Of a DNA stretch of 64,000 bases, positions 1 through 10,143 are shown piece by piece (within the stretch, counting starts at the first letter, position 1; the number at the start of each line of letters is the position of its first letter). Origin of the DNA: Longimicrobiales bacterium. Its GTDB lineage: Bacteria; Gemmatimonadota; Gemmatimonadetes; Longimicrobiales; Gaopeijiaceae. Made by a program: the position numbers and the translations under genes. The stretch is taken from NCBI GenBank assembly GCA_963664435.2, contig CAXXKM010000003.1, positions 480,001-544,000 on the forward strand, in the 5' to 3' direction. The notes beneath the pieces are model-generated. The model was not told the DNA's origin. It made no database searches and saw only the letters and a program-made list of their open reading frames with translations.

Positions 1-1228
1 GCTCGGCGCCGCCCGGCCCCACTTCCGCCAGCGGGCTGAGCGCGACCGAGAAGGTGCCTCCCTCAAGCCCAAGCTCCGGGAACAGCGCTGTAACCCGTTG
101 CTCAAGTGTACGCGCTGCCTTACATCGCGCGTCGCTCAGAGCTGCCGCCTCCCGCTCCAGGCGGGCCCTCGTCCGCCGGATGCGCCGCTCCAGGGTGGCG
201 ATGTCGAACGAACCGGTCTCGATCTCCTCGAGCTGCGCCCCCAGCCGGCGGCCGGCCTCGACGACGTCCTCGAGCGCGGGTCCGTACTTGCGCTTCAGCC
301 GGAAGATGCGGTCCAGGCGGGCCCTGACCTCCTCCAGCCGGCGCGGATCGTGTTCCAGCGAACTCGCGTAGTCGCCCAGGAAGCGGCCCGCCTCGCTGGC
401 CGCCTGGTAGGACTGTTCCAGCAGCTCCGAGACCTCGCCCAGCGACCCATCCAGGCGGATGATGTCCGCGAGCGCCGCCTGCACCGCGCGGATGCGCACC
501 GTGACGGCGGCGTCGCCCGCGTACAGTTCGTCGTACGCGCCCCGCGCGTTGCGCGCCAGCTCGTCGGCGTGTTCGAGCCGGGTCGCCTCCGTCTCGAGCG
601 TCGTATCCTCCCCCTCCTGGAGTCCGGCGCCTTCGATCTCGCCGAGCTGGAAGCGGATGAAATCCGCCCGCGCTTCGAGGTCCCGGATCCTCGCTTCCAG
701 CTGCTCCCGCTCGCGCGCCAGCGCCTTCAGCTCCACGCACAGCGCGGCAACGGCGCTCGCCCTTCCGGTCGCGCGCGCCAGGGAATCGAGCAGCCTGGCC
801 TGTTCCGCCGGCCTCAGCAGGCTCTGGTGCTCGTGCTGCCCGTGCAGGTCCACGAGGTGCCGTCCCAGCTCACGCAGGAGCCCCACGGTGGCGGACGAGT
901 CGTTCACCCAGGCCCGGTTGCGCCCCTGGCGCGCCACTTCCCGCCGCAGCACCAGCACGTTGCCGCCCGCGGCCAGACCCAGCGCGTCCAGCTTCTCCCG
1001 CACCGGCTCGCACTCCTCGACATCAAAGGCCGCCTCGATGCGGGCGCGGCGGGCTCCCACGCGCACGACCCCGGGGGAGGCGCGCTCGCCCAGCAGACAC
1101 GAGAGGGCCTTCGCCACCAGGGACTTGCCGGATCCGGTCTCGCCCGACAGGGCGTTGAGGCCCGGCGCCCCGTCCAGCGCCAGGTCATCGATTACCGCGT
1201 AGTCACGGATACGCAGTTCGATCAGCAT
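1..1228 (-). CDS. recN: DNA repair protein RecN (3' part outside window)
   Basis: Not in the ORF track because it is open to the window edge. Manual translation from ATG at 1228 gives MLIELRIRDYAVIDDLAL...NALSGETGSGKSL (Walker A), a later DLHGQHEHQ motif and coiled coil. Conserved nadK-recN order. Confidence 0.93.
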   Translation of the reverse strand, partial: MLIELRIRDYAVIDDLALDGAPGLNALSGETGSGKSLVAKALSCLLGERASPGVVRVGARRARIEAAFDVEECEPVREKLDALGLAAGGNVLVLRREVARQGRNRAWVNDSSATVGLLRELGRHLVDLHGQHEHQSLLRPAEQARLLDSLARATGRASAVAALCVELKALAREREQLEARIRDLEARADFIRFQLGEIEGAGLQEGEDTTLETEATRLEHADELARNARGAYDELYAGDAAVTVRIRAVQAALADIIRLDGSLGEVSELLEQSYQAASEAGRFLGDYASSLEHDPRRLEEVRARLDRIFRLKRKYGPALEDVVEAGRRLGAQLEEIETGSFDIATLERRIRRTRARLEREAAALSDARCKAARTLEQRVTALFPELGLEGGTFSVALSPLAEVGPGGAE

Positions 1229-1248
1229 GCCCGTGGCTATTCATAAGA

Positions 1249-2145
1249 TCATGCCCCCGAGGGCGATTTGAGTGCCCAGTTCAACTTCCGTCTCAAGGTG
1301 GAGAAGAAGGTGTGCCCGGGGAAACGAAGCAGAGGTATGCGCACCGTTCCGGTCCGGATCTCCACGACCGAACCCGGCACCACGGCCACTGCTTCCTGAC
1401 CGTCGACCGTCAGCACCAGGTCGCCCGATGGATCCACTTCCTTGATGATGACGCGCTCGTCCGCGGCCAGCACCAACGGGCGCACGGCCAGCGTGTGCGG
1501 GCAGATCGGGGTCACCAGGATGCAGTCCACTCCGGGCGCGATGATGGGCCCCCCCGCCGACAGGGAGTAGGCGGTCGAACCGGTAGGCGAGGAAACGATC
1601 ACGCCGTCGGCGCTGAAGCTGCCGATCTCGTCGGTCGTTCCGTCATGCCCCACGAACAGGTCGAGGCGGGAGACGCGGGCCGCCCCGCTGTTGTGGACCA
1701 CGAAGTCGTTGAGCGCCACCTGTGGATCTCCCGAGGTTCCGTCCTCGTCGAGGATGGCCGCCTCGAGCGTAATCCGGTAGTCGAGTGTGAAGTCGCCGCC
1801 GCGCAGCCGCTCGAAGGCGATGGTGAGGTCGGAGCCGGAGGACGAGGTGAGGAAGCCCAGGTGCCCGAGGTTGATCCCGAGGACCGGAATGTCCGTCCCC
1901 GCAACCTCGCGCGCGCCCCGCAGCAGAGTTCCGTCCCCCCCGAGCGTGACCAGCAGGTCCAGCGCACGTTCCGCCAGCCTGAGAGGGGGGGTTCCGGGCG
2001 GCGCCTGGGCGAGGATGCCGGGTTCGCAGGCAAACTCGATGCCGAACTTGCGCGCGAGTTCGTCGAGACGCGCCAGCGCCGGCGCGAGCCCGGGCTGTCC
2101 GGGAAGCGCGAAGATGCCGATGCGGCGGACGGGAGGCGGCGCCAT
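1249..2145 (-). CDS. nadK: NAD(+)/NADH kinase
   Basis: LGGDGT motif, GINLGHLGFL, ALND, and TGSTAYSLSAGGP. Confidence 0.95.
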   Translation of the reverse strand: MAPPPVRRIGIFALPGQPGLAPALARLDELARKFGIEFACEPGILAQAPPGTPPLRLAERALDLLVTLGGDGTLLRGAREVAGTDIPVLGINLGHLGFLTSSSGSDLTIAFERLRGGDFTLDYRITLEAAILDEDGTSGDPQVALNDFVVHNSGAARVSRLDLFVGHDGTTDEIGSFSADGVIVSSPTGSTAYSLSAGGPIIAPGVDCILVTPICPHTLAVRPLVLAADERVIIKEVDPSGDLVLTVDGQEAVAVVPGSVVEIRTGTVRIPLLRFPGHTFFSTLRRKLNWALKSPSGA

Positions 2146-2161
2146 GGCGTTTCCCGCGGGG

Positions 2162-4084
2162 TTATGCGCTCTCTCTGGTCGCCAGCACGCGGATTCCGGG
2201 CTGGCGCTCGGCCAGCCGCAGGGCCTCCCGCGCGATCCCCTTCGCGTCCAGCCCCACCTCCGCCAGCAGCAGCCCCCTGTCTCCGTGCTCGATGAAGACG
2301 TCGGGCAGCCCCATGGTTCTCACGGTCGGGCGCGATCCCGCGCGCGCCTGGATCTCGCGCGCCATGAAGGCTCCGAAACCGTTGACGACGGTACCCTCCT
2401 CGACCGTCAGGATGTGCGTGTGCGAGCCGAGCACCCGTTCGAGCACTTCCTCGTCGAAAGGCTTGAGGAAGCGGCAGTTGACGACGGTCGCCTCGATGCC
2501 CGCTCGAGCCAGCTCGTCGGCTGCGGAGAGCGCGTCGAGGACCATGGTGCCCACGGCGAGAATCGCCAGGTCCGACCCCTGGCGCATCACCTCCCAGCTC
2601 CCGTACGGCACCGGGTCGATCTCCGAAGTCGGGGGAACCTCCGCGGGAACCGCGTCGCGCGGATAGCGGATGCTGTAGGGGCCGGCGTCGTGGGTCAGGC
2701 CGGTCTTCATCAGGGCGATGAGCTCCTCGCCGTCCCTGGGCGCGGTGACGGTCATGCCCGGCACCAGCAGCATGTAGGCGATGTCGAAGGCGCCGTGATG
2801 GGTGGGGCCGTCGGCCCCCGCGACGCCCGCCCGGTCCATGCAGAACATCACCGGAAGGTCCTGCAGGGCCACGTCGTGCACGATGGAGTCGAAGCCCCGC
2901 TGCAGGAACGTGGAGTAGATGGCCACGACCGGGCGCACGCCTTCCGTGGCCATGCCGGCGGCCGACGTCACACCGTGCGCCTCCGCGATGCCCACGTCGA
3001 AGTGCCGGTCCGGAAACGCCTTGTCGAAGATGTCGGTGCTGGTGCCGCTCGGCATTGCGGCCGTGATGGCTACGATCCGCTCGTCCTCCGAGGCCAGGTC
3101 GGTCAGCCCTCTGCCGAACAACTTCTGATACCGCGGCAGACCGACCGGCTTCTTCGGCGAACGTCCCGTGATCTTGTCCCAGGGGGAGGACGCGTGCCAC
3201 TTGACCGGATCCGCCTCCGCCGGCTTGTAGCCCTTCCCCTTCTGGGTGACCAGGTGCACCAGCACCGGTCCCTTCATCCGGCGGACCCGCTGCAGGGTGT
3301 TGACCACCATGTTGATGTCGTGCCCGTCGAAGGGTCCGAAGTAGCGGAAGCCCAGTTCCTCGAAGAGCATTCCGGGCACGAAGAGGTGCTTGACGCTCTC
3401 CTCGAACCTGCCGGTGGCGGACTGCATCACGTCGGAGATGCTGGTGGGGACGCGCTGCATCAGCTCCTTCACCTGACCGCGGACCCGGTTGTACAGGGGG
3501 TTGGTGATGACGCCGTTCAGATACCTGTTCATCGCCCCCACGTTCGGAGCGATCGACATGTCGTTGTCGTTGAGGACCACGATGAGGTTGCGGTCGCTCG
3601 CGCCGGCGTTGTTGAGGGCTTCGTAGGCGAGCCCGCACCCGATGGCGCCGTCCCCGATGACCGCGACGACGTCGAAGTCCTCGCCCTTGTGATCGCGGCC
3701 GATGGCCATGCCCACCGCGGCCGAGATCGAAGTCGCGGCGTGTCCCGCGCCGAAGACGTCGAAGTCCGACTCGGCACGGCTCAGGAAGGGTGCCAGCCCG
3801 TCCTTGCGGCGAATGGTGTGCAGGCGGTCGTTGCGCCCCGTGAGGATCTTGTGGATGTAGGCCTGGTGGCCCGTATCCCACACGACGCGGTCACGCGGGG
3901 TGTCGAAGACGTAGTGCAGCGCCACCGTGAGCTCGGCGACGCCCAGGCTTCCGCCGAAGTGCCCGCCCACCTTCGCCACGACGTCGATCAGGCGGTCGCG
4001 CACCTCGCGAACCAGGTCGGGCAGCTGGGAACGAGACAGCTTGCGCACATCCCCCGGTTGCTTGACGTAGTCGAGAATGGCCAC
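2162..4084 (-). CDS. dxs: 1-deoxy-D-xylulose-5-phosphate synthase
   Basis: WDTGHQAY, GDG..LNDN TPP-binding motif, DVGIAEAH, DRAG..GADGPTH; 640 aa. Confidence 0.97.
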   Translation of the reverse strand: MAILDYVKQPGDVRKLSRSQLPDLVREVRDRLIDVVAKVGGHFGGSLGVAELTVALHYVFDTPRDRVVWDTGHQAYIHKILTGRNDRLHTIRRKDGLAPFLSRAESDFDVFGAGHAATSISAAVGMAIGRDHKGEDFDVVAVIGDGAIGCGLAYEALNNAGASDRNLIVVLNDNDMSIAPNVGAMNRYLNGVITNPLYNRVRGQVKELMQRVPTSISDVMQSATGRFEESVKHLFVPGMLFEELGFRYFGPFDGHDINMVVNTLQRVRRMKGPVLVHLVTQKGKGYKPAEADPVKWHASSPWDKITGRSPKKPVGLPRYQKLFGRGLTDLASEDERIVAITAAMPSGTSTDIFDKAFPDRHFDVGIAEAHGVTSAAGMATEGVRPVVAIYSTFLQRGFDSIVHDVALQDLPVMFCMDRAGVAGADGPTHHGAFDIAYMLLVPGMTVTAPRDGEELIALMKTGLTHDAGPYSIRYPRDAVPAEVPPTSEIDPVPYGSWEVMRQGSDLAILAVGTMVLDALSAADELARAGIEATVVNCRFLKPFDEEVLERVLGSHTHILTVEEGTVVNGFGAFMAREIQARAGSRPTVRTMGLPDVFIEHGDRGLLLAEVGLDAKGIAREALRLAERQPGIRVLATRESA

Positions 4085-4141
4085 CCCATATCACTCCATC
4101 TGTGGTTGTCGTCATCCCGCGACTGCCGGGATCGAGCCCGT

Positions 4142-4172
4142 ATTATAACCGGATTCGGCGCTGCTGTTGCAC
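4142..4172 (-). promoter_or_regulatory. Possible internal sigma70 promoter for dxs
   Basis: Perfect TATAAT on the minus strand (4147-4142) in the ispA-dxs spacer; only a weak -35 (TGCAAC) upstream. Confidence 0.35.
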
Positions 4173-4290
4173 GGGATGGTCGCGCGTGGTACGACCGGGG
4201 CCCGTCGAGCCGGCCCTCGCGCGCCGGTGCGTGCGAGCGGAGGAGTCCCCGGCCTCATCCGCAGATTCCGGCGGGAGGTCCTCCCGGCCG

Positions 4291-5232
4291 CTACCGTCGG
4301 CGGCGCACGACATACTCGGCGATCGCCTCCATGGGCCGGGAATCGAGCCCGCCGCGGGCCAGTGCCCGGCGCGCGATGGAAACCTGGCGCAGCGCCCGGG
4401 CGCGAGCCCCCTCGAGCCCGTAGAGGCTGACGTAGGTCGACTTGCCCAGGGCCTCGTCGCTGGGGTGCTTGCCCAGCCGCTCCGCCGAGGACGTGGCGTC
4501 CAGAATGTCGTCCGCGATCTGGAAGGCGAGTCCCAGCGCGCGCCCGTAGCGATCCAGGGCCTCGATGCGGCGGCTCCCCGCCCCGGCCGCCAGCCCGCCG
4601 ATCCGGGGCGCCGCCGAGAGGAGCGCCCCGGTCTTGAGCGCGTGAAGCCGGTTCAGCCGGTCCGGCGACAGGATCCGGCCCTCCGATTCGAGGTCGAGCG
4701 CCTGCCCTCCGACCATCCCTCCCGCGCCTGCGGCCTGCGCCAGCGCGCGAACGAGACCGCGCGCGGTCTCGTCCGGGCATCCCAGCTCGAGGGCGGCGCG
4801 CCATGCCTGCAGCGCGGCTCCCGGAATCAGCGCCGCCGCGGCCCGCGCCGTGTTGCGGGCTCCGAAGACGCGGTGCGGGGTGGGCGATCCCCGGCGCAGC
4901 CCGGCGTCGTCCATGCACGGCAGGTCGTCGTGCATGAGGGAATAGGCGTGGATCATCTCGATGGACGCGGCCAGATCGTAGCAGCCGTCCCCGGTCTCGC
5001 GACCGCAGGCCTCGTACGCCGCCGCGCACAGGATCGGCCGGACCCGCTTGCCGTCGGTCAGCAGGCCGTGCCGCAACACCGGGACGAGGGACGGATCGAC
5101 GCACGGGGTCAGCGAGGCGAGGGCTCTCCGGAGGGCCTGTCCGACCCGCTTCCCCTGCTCCTGCAGGAAGGACGTCAGGTCGAAGTCGCCGCCCGGTTGC
5201 GGGATCTCCGGCGCCGCGGAGGTCCCGCTCAC
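4291..5232 (-). CDS. ispA: Polyprenyl (farnesyl/geranylgeranyl) diphosphate synthase
   Basis: GKRVRP, HDDLPCMDD..RRG (first Asp-rich motif), GQALD, KTG, FQIADDILD; conserved xseB-ispA-dxs order. Confidence 0.93.
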   Translation of the reverse strand: MSGTSAAPEIPQPGGDFDLTSFLQEQGKRVGQALRRALASLTPCVDPSLVPVLRHGLLTDGKRVRPILCAAAYEACGRETGDGCYDLAASIEMIHAYSLMHDDLPCMDDAGLRRGSPTPHRVFGARNTARAAAALIPGAALQAWRAALELGCPDETARGLVRALAQAAGAGGMVGGQALDLESEGRILSPDRLNRLHALKTGALLSAAPRIGGLAAGAGSRRIEALDRYGRALGLAFQIADDILDATSSAERLGKHPSDEALGKSTYVSLYGLEGARARALRQVSIARRALARGGLDSRPMEAIAEYVVRRRR

Positions 5233-5498
5233 CCGGCGTCTTCCCGCCGGCGGGTTTCGCCCTCAATCAGTTCCTCCACGCGTAGCTCGGCCGCGGACAG
5301 CAGCCGTTCCGCCGCGCGAACGTGCCGGATGCCCTCCTCGAAGAGCGCGAGGCTCTGCTCCAGTTCGATGTCTTCGGCGTCGAGGGCGGCAACGATGCGG
5401 TCGAGACGCCGCAGACGCTCCTCCACGGACATCGGTCGTGCATCGCCGGCGTCCCGCGGCGACGGCGGATCTCCCGCGGCACGGGCACGCTCATCCAT
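5229..5498 (-). CDS. xseB: Exodeoxyribonuclease VII small subunit
   Basis: EERLRRLDRIVAALD...LEQSLALFEEGI..L pattern, located between xseA and ispA; start uncertain. Confidence 0.88.
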   Translation of the reverse strand: MDERARAAGDPPSPRDAGDARPMSVEERLRRLDRIVAALDAEDIELEQSLALFEEGIRHVRAAERLLSAAELRVEELIEGETRRREDAG

Positions 5499-6834
5499 CA
5501 GGGCTGCTCCGGACCGGAGCGTCGGGACGAGTCCCGGCTACACGGCACTCGACCCGGCCGTCGACCACGCGCAGGTCGAAGGAGGACCCATGTGGGAACG
5601 CGGCGACGTTTCGGAGCACCCGGCCCGCGCGATCGAGCGGGACCGCGTACCCGCGGCTGAGGGTGGCCAGCGGCGAGAGCGCGTCCAGCCGCCCGGACGC
5701 GTTCTCCAGCCGCGCGCCCCGGGAAGCGAGTCGGGCGCGCATCGCCCCTTCCAGTCGTTCGCCGCGGCGGAACACCCGGGCGGCCCGTGGTTCGATGAGG
5801 CCGCGCATGCCCCGGTGGAGCCGGTCGGCGCGGGTCCCCAGGCCGTCCCGGCGGCGGCGCACGCAGCGCCTCAGCCCGGTGGACAGCCGCGGGCGCAGGT
5901 CGGCCAGCCGCCGGGCAAGGGCGGCGCGGTCGGGGACCACCGCCTCCGCCCCGGCCGAGGGGGTGGGGGCCCTCAGGTCGGCCACCAGGTCCGCGATGGT
6001 GACATCGACCTCGTGACCCACGGCCGAGACCACCGGCACCGGGCAGGCGGCGATCGCCCGCGCGACCTCTTCCCGGTTGAAGGCCCAGAGGTCCTCGAGC
6101 GAACCCCCGCCCCGCCCGACCAGGACGACGTCCGCCCGTCCGCTCCGGCCGATCTCGTCGATAGCCCGTGCCACATCCTCCGCAGCGCCGTCCCCCTGCA
6201 CGCGCGCGCTCCTCAGCAGCACCCTCGTCCAGGGCGCCCGCTCCCCGATCACCGACAGGATGTCGTGGAGGGCGGCCCCCGTGGCGGAGGTCACCACCCC
6301 CACGCAGGACGGGCACGCCGGCAGGGCTCTCCTGCGGGCGGGGTCCATCAGGCCCTCCGCCTCCAGCTTGCGCCGCACCTGCTCGAAGGCCCGGCGCCAC
6401 AGCCCCTCCCCGTCCTCCGCCGTCAGCCTGCGCACGCGCAGCTGGTACCGCCCCCGCGCCTCGTAGAGGGTCACCGAGCCGAACGCGCGCACCCGGCTGC
6501 CGTCCTCCGGGTCGGCCGGCAGCCGGCGGGCGTCGCTGGCGAACATGACCGCGCCGATGTGCGCGGTCTCGTCCTTGAGCGTGAAGTACCGGTGCCCCGC
6601 GGCGGTGCGACGCCAGTTGCCGACCTCCCCGGCCACCCAGAGCGCCTGCATTCCGTGCTCGAGCAGCAACCGCGCCCGGCGGTTCACCCGGGCGACGGTC
6701 CACGGCTCGGCCGCGCGCCCGGACGCCCGTGAACCCCGCGCGGCCGCTTCCACCGGGGCACCGGCCGCCGGGCCCGGCTTCTCTTTGCCGGAATCGTACC
6801 GGAAGAGGTCGAGCGACCCGTCCCCCGCGGCCAT
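5491..6834 (-). CDS. xseA: Exodeoxyribonuclease VII large subunit
   Basis: WVAGEV..GHRYFTLKD, RGGGSLEDLWAFN, SAVGHEVD, APTPSAGAE, LSPLATLSRGY; start trimmed to ATG 6834, just downstream of folD. Confidence 0.95.
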   Translation of the reverse strand: MAAGDGSLDLFRYDSGKEKPGPAAGAPVEAAARGSRASGRAAEPWTVARVNRRARLLLEHGMQALWVAGEVGNWRRTAAGHRYFTLKDETAHIGAVMFASDARRLPADPEDGSRVRAFGSVTLYEARGRYQLRVRRLTAEDGEGLWRRAFEQVRRKLEAEGLMDPARRRALPACPSCVGVVTSATGAALHDILSVIGERAPWTRVLLRSARVQGDGAAEDVARAIDEIGRSGRADVVLVGRGGGSLEDLWAFNREEVARAIAACPVPVVSAVGHEVDVTIADLVADLRAPTPSAGAEAVVPDRAALARRLADLRPRLSTGLRRCVRRRRDGLGTRADRLHRGMRGLIEPRAARVFRRGERLEGAMRARLASRGARLENASGRLDALSPLATLSRGYAVPLDRAGRVLRNVAAFPHGSSFDLRVVDGRVECRVAGTRPDAPVRSSPDG

Positions 6835-6842
6835 GGAGCGGC

Positions 6843-7745
6843 TCAGTCCCGGGCTCCGTCCGCGTGCAGCCGCACGGCGGCGTCGACCGTGTTGGAGAGC
6901 AGCATCGCGATGGTCATCGGGCCAACCCCCCCGGGAACCGGCGAGATGGCGCCCGCGACCTCCCTGACCTCGTCGAAGACCACGTCGCCGGTGATCCGGT
7001 AGCCTCGTTCCCGGGTCGCGTCCTCCACCCGGTTGGTGCCCACGTCGATCACGGTCGCCCCGGGCCGCACCATCGCGCCGGTGACGGTCCCAGGGCGCCC
7101 GATGGCCACGATCAGGATCTCGCCGAGCCGGGTAACGGCCCCGAGGTCGGGGGTTCGGCTGTGCGCGACGGTGACCGTGGCGTTGCCCCCGGGCGCCTTG
7201 CGCATGAGCAGGGACGCCATCGGCTTCCCCACGATGTTGGAGCGTCCCACGATCACCGCGTGTCTGCCCGCGGGATCGACACCCGAGCGCAGGAGCATCT
7301 GGATCACCCCGGCGGGCGTGCACGGGGCCAGCACGTCGGCCGCGCCGGTGGCCAGACGGCCCACGTTCACCGGATGAAAGCCGTCCACGTCCTTCCCGGG
7401 CAGAATCCGGCGGAGAACCACCTGGTCGCGAATCTGATCCGGCAGGGGCAGCTGCACGAGGATGCCGTGAATCGCCGGGTCGGCGTTGAGCCCGTCGAGC
7501 AGTCCCAGCAGTTCGGCCTCGGGCGTCGAATCCGGCAGGGTGATCTGCCGGGAGTGGAGCCCGGCGGCGCGCGCCGCCCGGTTCTTCATGCGCACGTAGC
7601 TGTGGCTCGCCGGATCGTCCCCCACCAGCACGGTCGCAAGCCCGGGTACCAGCCCGTCCCGCTCCTTCAGGACGGCAACCCGCTCGCGGAGTTCCTCGCG
7701 GATCGCACCCGCGATCTCCGTCCCCGAAATGATGGCGGCGCTCAT
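6843..7745 (-). CDS. folD: Bifunctional methylenetetrahydrofolate dehydrogenase/cyclohydrolase
   Basis: GILVQLPLP, KDVDGFHP, PCTPAG, GRSNIVGKP, PVPGGVGPMT. Confidence 0.96.
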   Translation of the reverse strand: MSAAIISGTEIAGAIREELRERVAVLKERDGLVPGLATVLVGDDPASHSYVRMKNRAARAAGLHSRQITLPDSTPEAELLGLLDGLNADPAIHGILVQLPLPDQIRDQVVLRRILPGKDVDGFHPVNVGRLATGAADVLAPCTPAGVIQMLLRSGVDPAGRHAVIVGRSNIVGKPMASLLMRKAPGGNATVTVAHSRTPDLGAVTRLGEILIVAIGRPGTVTGAMVRPGATVIDVGTNRVEDATRERGYRITGDVVFDEVREVAGAISPVPGGVGPMTIAMLLSNTVDAAVRLHADGARD

Positions 7746-9334
7746 CGCGCGAAATCCACGGCGCGGGTTTCGCGAATCACCACGATCTTGATCTGGCCGG
7801 GATAGCGCAGCTCCTCCTCGAAGCGGCGCGCGATGCTCTCCGAAAGCGTATTCATTTCGTCGTCCGATATCCGTTCGGGTTCCACCATGACCCGCACCTC
7901 CCGGCCGGCCTGGATCGCGAAGCAGCGCTCCACCCCGGGATAGTCGAGAACCGTGTTCTCGATCTTCTCCAGCCGCTTCACGTAGCTGTCGAACATCTCC
8001 CGGCGCGCCCCGGGACGGGATCCCGAGATCGCGTCGGCCGCCGTCACCAGGAACGTCTCCGCATAGCGGTGCGGTTCCTCGTCGTGGTGCGCGCGGATCG
8101 CGTTCAGCACCTGGTCCGGCTCGCGATACCTCTCGCAGAGCGCATATCCCAGCTCTACATGGGTCCCTTCCTGGTCGTGGGTCATCCCCTTCCCCACATC
8201 GTGCAGAACCCCGGCCCGCTTGGTGATCTGCACATCGAGCCCCATTTCCGCGGCCATGCCTCCCGCCAGCAGCGCCACCTCCTTGGAGTGCAGCAGCTGG
8301 TTCTGGCCGTAGGAGGTCCGGAAGCGAAGGTGACCGAGCGCCTGGACGATCTTGGGGTGCACGTCGTGGATCCCCAGCTCGTAGAGCACCTCCTCCGCGG
8401 CCGCGAGCATCGTCCGCCCTACGGACTTCTCGCTCTTCTTGACCAGGTCCTCGATGCGGGCGGGATGGATGCGGCCATCCTCCACGAGCTTGCCCAGCGC
8501 GAGCCGGGCCACTTCCCGGCGGACGGGGTTGAACCCGGAGAGGATGACGGCTTCGGGGGTGTCGTCGATGATGACGTCGATGCCCGTGGCCTGCTCGAAG
8601 GCGCGGATGTTCCGGCCCTCGCGCCCGATGATGCGGCCCTTCATCTCATCGGAGGGCAACTGGACGACGGACACCGTCATCTCGGCGGTCTGCTCCGCCG
8701 CCATGCGCTGGATCGCCTGCGCGATGACCTTGCGCGCCTCGCGCTCACCGGTCCGCTTTGCCTCGGCCTCGATGGCGCGGACGGTGTTGGCGGCCTTCGC
8801 GCGGGCCTCGTCCTCCAGATTCTTCATCAGGAGGCCGCGGGCTTCGTCGGCGGAGAGGCCGGCCAGCGACTCCAGCGACTGCTGCACCGACCGCTCGGAG
8901 GCCTCGACCTCCTCGAACCTCCGGTCCAGCTCGCCATTGCGCCGATGAAGCGTCTTCTCGCGCCGCTCCAGCGCCCCCCTGCCGTCCTCCAGACGGGCCT
9001 CACGCTCGCTCAGGCGGTCGAACTTGCGGTCCAGGGAGTCCGACCGCGCGCCGACCCGGCGCTCGAGCGTCTTGACCTCTTCCCGGCGCCGAGCTTCCTC
9101 GGACTGCCAGGACTCGCGCAGCCGGTAGACCTCCTCCTTGCCCTGGAGGGTGGCGGCTTTGAGGGTGGTGTCGGCTTCCTCGTTGGCGCGGGCGATGATG
9201 CGCGACGCATCGTCACGGGCGGCGGCGCGTTCCTTTTTCTGCCTGGCGCGCTCGATGCCCCGCCCCAGCAAATACCCGGCTGCGGAGCCGAGCGCCATCA
9301 CGACCGCCGCAAGCAAAATGCTCTGCGGGTCCAT
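7742..9334 (-). CDS. rny: Ribonuclease Y
   Basis: N-terminal TM helix, coiled coil, KH domain (KGRIIGREGRNIR), HD domain (LHDVGK), ADAISGSRPGAR. Confidence 0.96.
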   Translation of the reverse strand: MDPQSILLAAVVMALGSAAGYLLGRGIERARQKKERAAARDDASRIIARANEEADTTLKAATLQGKEEVYRLRESWQSEEARRREEVKTLERRVGARSDSLDRKFDRLSEREARLEDGRGALERREKTLHRRNGELDRRFEEVEASERSVQQSLESLAGLSADEARGLLMKNLEDEARAKAANTVRAIEAEAKRTGEREARKVIAQAIQRMAAEQTAEMTVSVVQLPSDEMKGRIIGREGRNIRAFEQATGIDVIIDDTPEAVILSGFNPVRREVARLALGKLVEDGRIHPARIEDLVKKSEKSVGRTMLAAAEEVLYELGIHDVHPKIVQALGHLRFRTSYGQNQLLHSKEVALLAGGMAAEMGLDVQITKRAGVLHDVGKGMTHDQEGTHVELGYALCERYREPDQVLNAIRAHHDEEPHRYAETFLVTAADAISGSRPGARREMFDSYVKRLEKIENTVLDYPGVERCFAIQAGREVRVMVEPERISDDEMNTLSESIARRFEEELRYPGQIKIVVIRETRAVDFAR

Positions 9335-9338
9335 TGTA

Positions 9339-9490
9339 TGCGCTCCGGATCAGGCGCACGCGCGCCTGCCAGTTCCTTTTCAGTGAGGCCGTTCCGACGG
9401 AAGGCGAAGCCGACCTGATCGATTCAGCGCCCGCACCCGTACCGCAGGCGACGGGCGGAATTCTCCTAAAACGCGTCACAATAGGAGGAT
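9339..9490 (-). ncRNA. Structured RNA between zapA and rny (6S-like RNA or rny leader; unresolved)
   Basis: Several stems on the minus strand: CTCCTA/TAGGAG, CGCCCG/CGGGCG, GCGCT..GATCAGG/CCTGATC..AGCGC. Downstream of zapA is a common 6S RNA position. Possible promoter TTGCGC-18-TATTGT just upstream. Confidence 0.35.
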
Positions 9491-9521
9491 GGAGAGTACC
9501 GGCGCAAGCGACGAGTCGGGA

Positions 9522-9833
9522 TCAGGATCCCGCATCCTCCTTCAACCCGGCCTCGACCTCCTCGGCGAGCGAACTGGACCTGAGCGCCGTCCGCGCACGC
9601 AGATCGGCCAGATCGGCCTGAGCCTCAAAGTACCGGGCGGTGATGGAGAGCGCCGCAAGAATCGTGGCCTTGTATGCGTCCATCAACCCGGCGCGCCGGT
9701 GGACCTCGCTGATGTTCTCGTCCAGGAAACGGGCACATCGCTCGACGTCCTCGCGGTCGGCGGTGGATCGGATGGCGTGCTGCTCGCCCCCGATCTCCAC
9801 CGTCAGGGATACTGCCTTTGGGGTCTCAGCCAT
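9522..9833 (-). CDS. zapA: Cell division protein ZapA
   Basis: 103 aa; V.I.G..Y-like N-terminus, A.FLDE.I, ILAALSI helix, coiled coil; pheT-(zapB)-zapA-rny synteny. Confidence 0.82.
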   Translation of the reverse strand: MAETPKAVSLTVEIGGEQHAIRSTADREDVERCARFLDENISEVHRRAGLMDAYKATILAALSITARYFEAQADLADLRARTALRSSSLAEEVEAGLKEDAGS

Positions 9834-10143
9834 CCTGATCCTCCAGGAATCGAATCCGGGCCATCATCCTCTCCACCACCTCGCGGCCCCGTTCCAGACG
9901 TCCCGCGTACTCCCGCCTCTCGTCCTCCGCCGCGCGCAGCCTCTCCAGCACGCTCTCCGGGCCTGCCTCGCCCTCTGCGACGGGGCCGAGGAGCTCCATG
10001 AGCTCCCGGTTTCGCTCCCGGGCCGACCGCAGCTCGGCCTTCAGCTCCGCGCTCCGCCGGATCAGGCGCCTGACCGCCGACTCCAGGCGCGCGAAGGCTT
10101 CGCTAGCGCCCGGAGCCTGCGGCGCTTGCTCTGGGTTCGACAC
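9826..10143 (-). CDS. ZapB-like coiled-coil protein
   Basis: LESAVRRL..ELK.EL....RN.EL coiled coil; strong SD AAGGAGGAG inside the end of pheT precedes TTG/GTG at 10146/10143. Confidence 0.7.
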   Translation of the reverse strand: MSNPEQAPQAPGASEAFARLESAVRRLIRRSAELKAELRSARERNRELMELLGPVAEGEAGPESVLERLRAAEDERREYAGRLERGREVVERMMARIRFLEDQDG

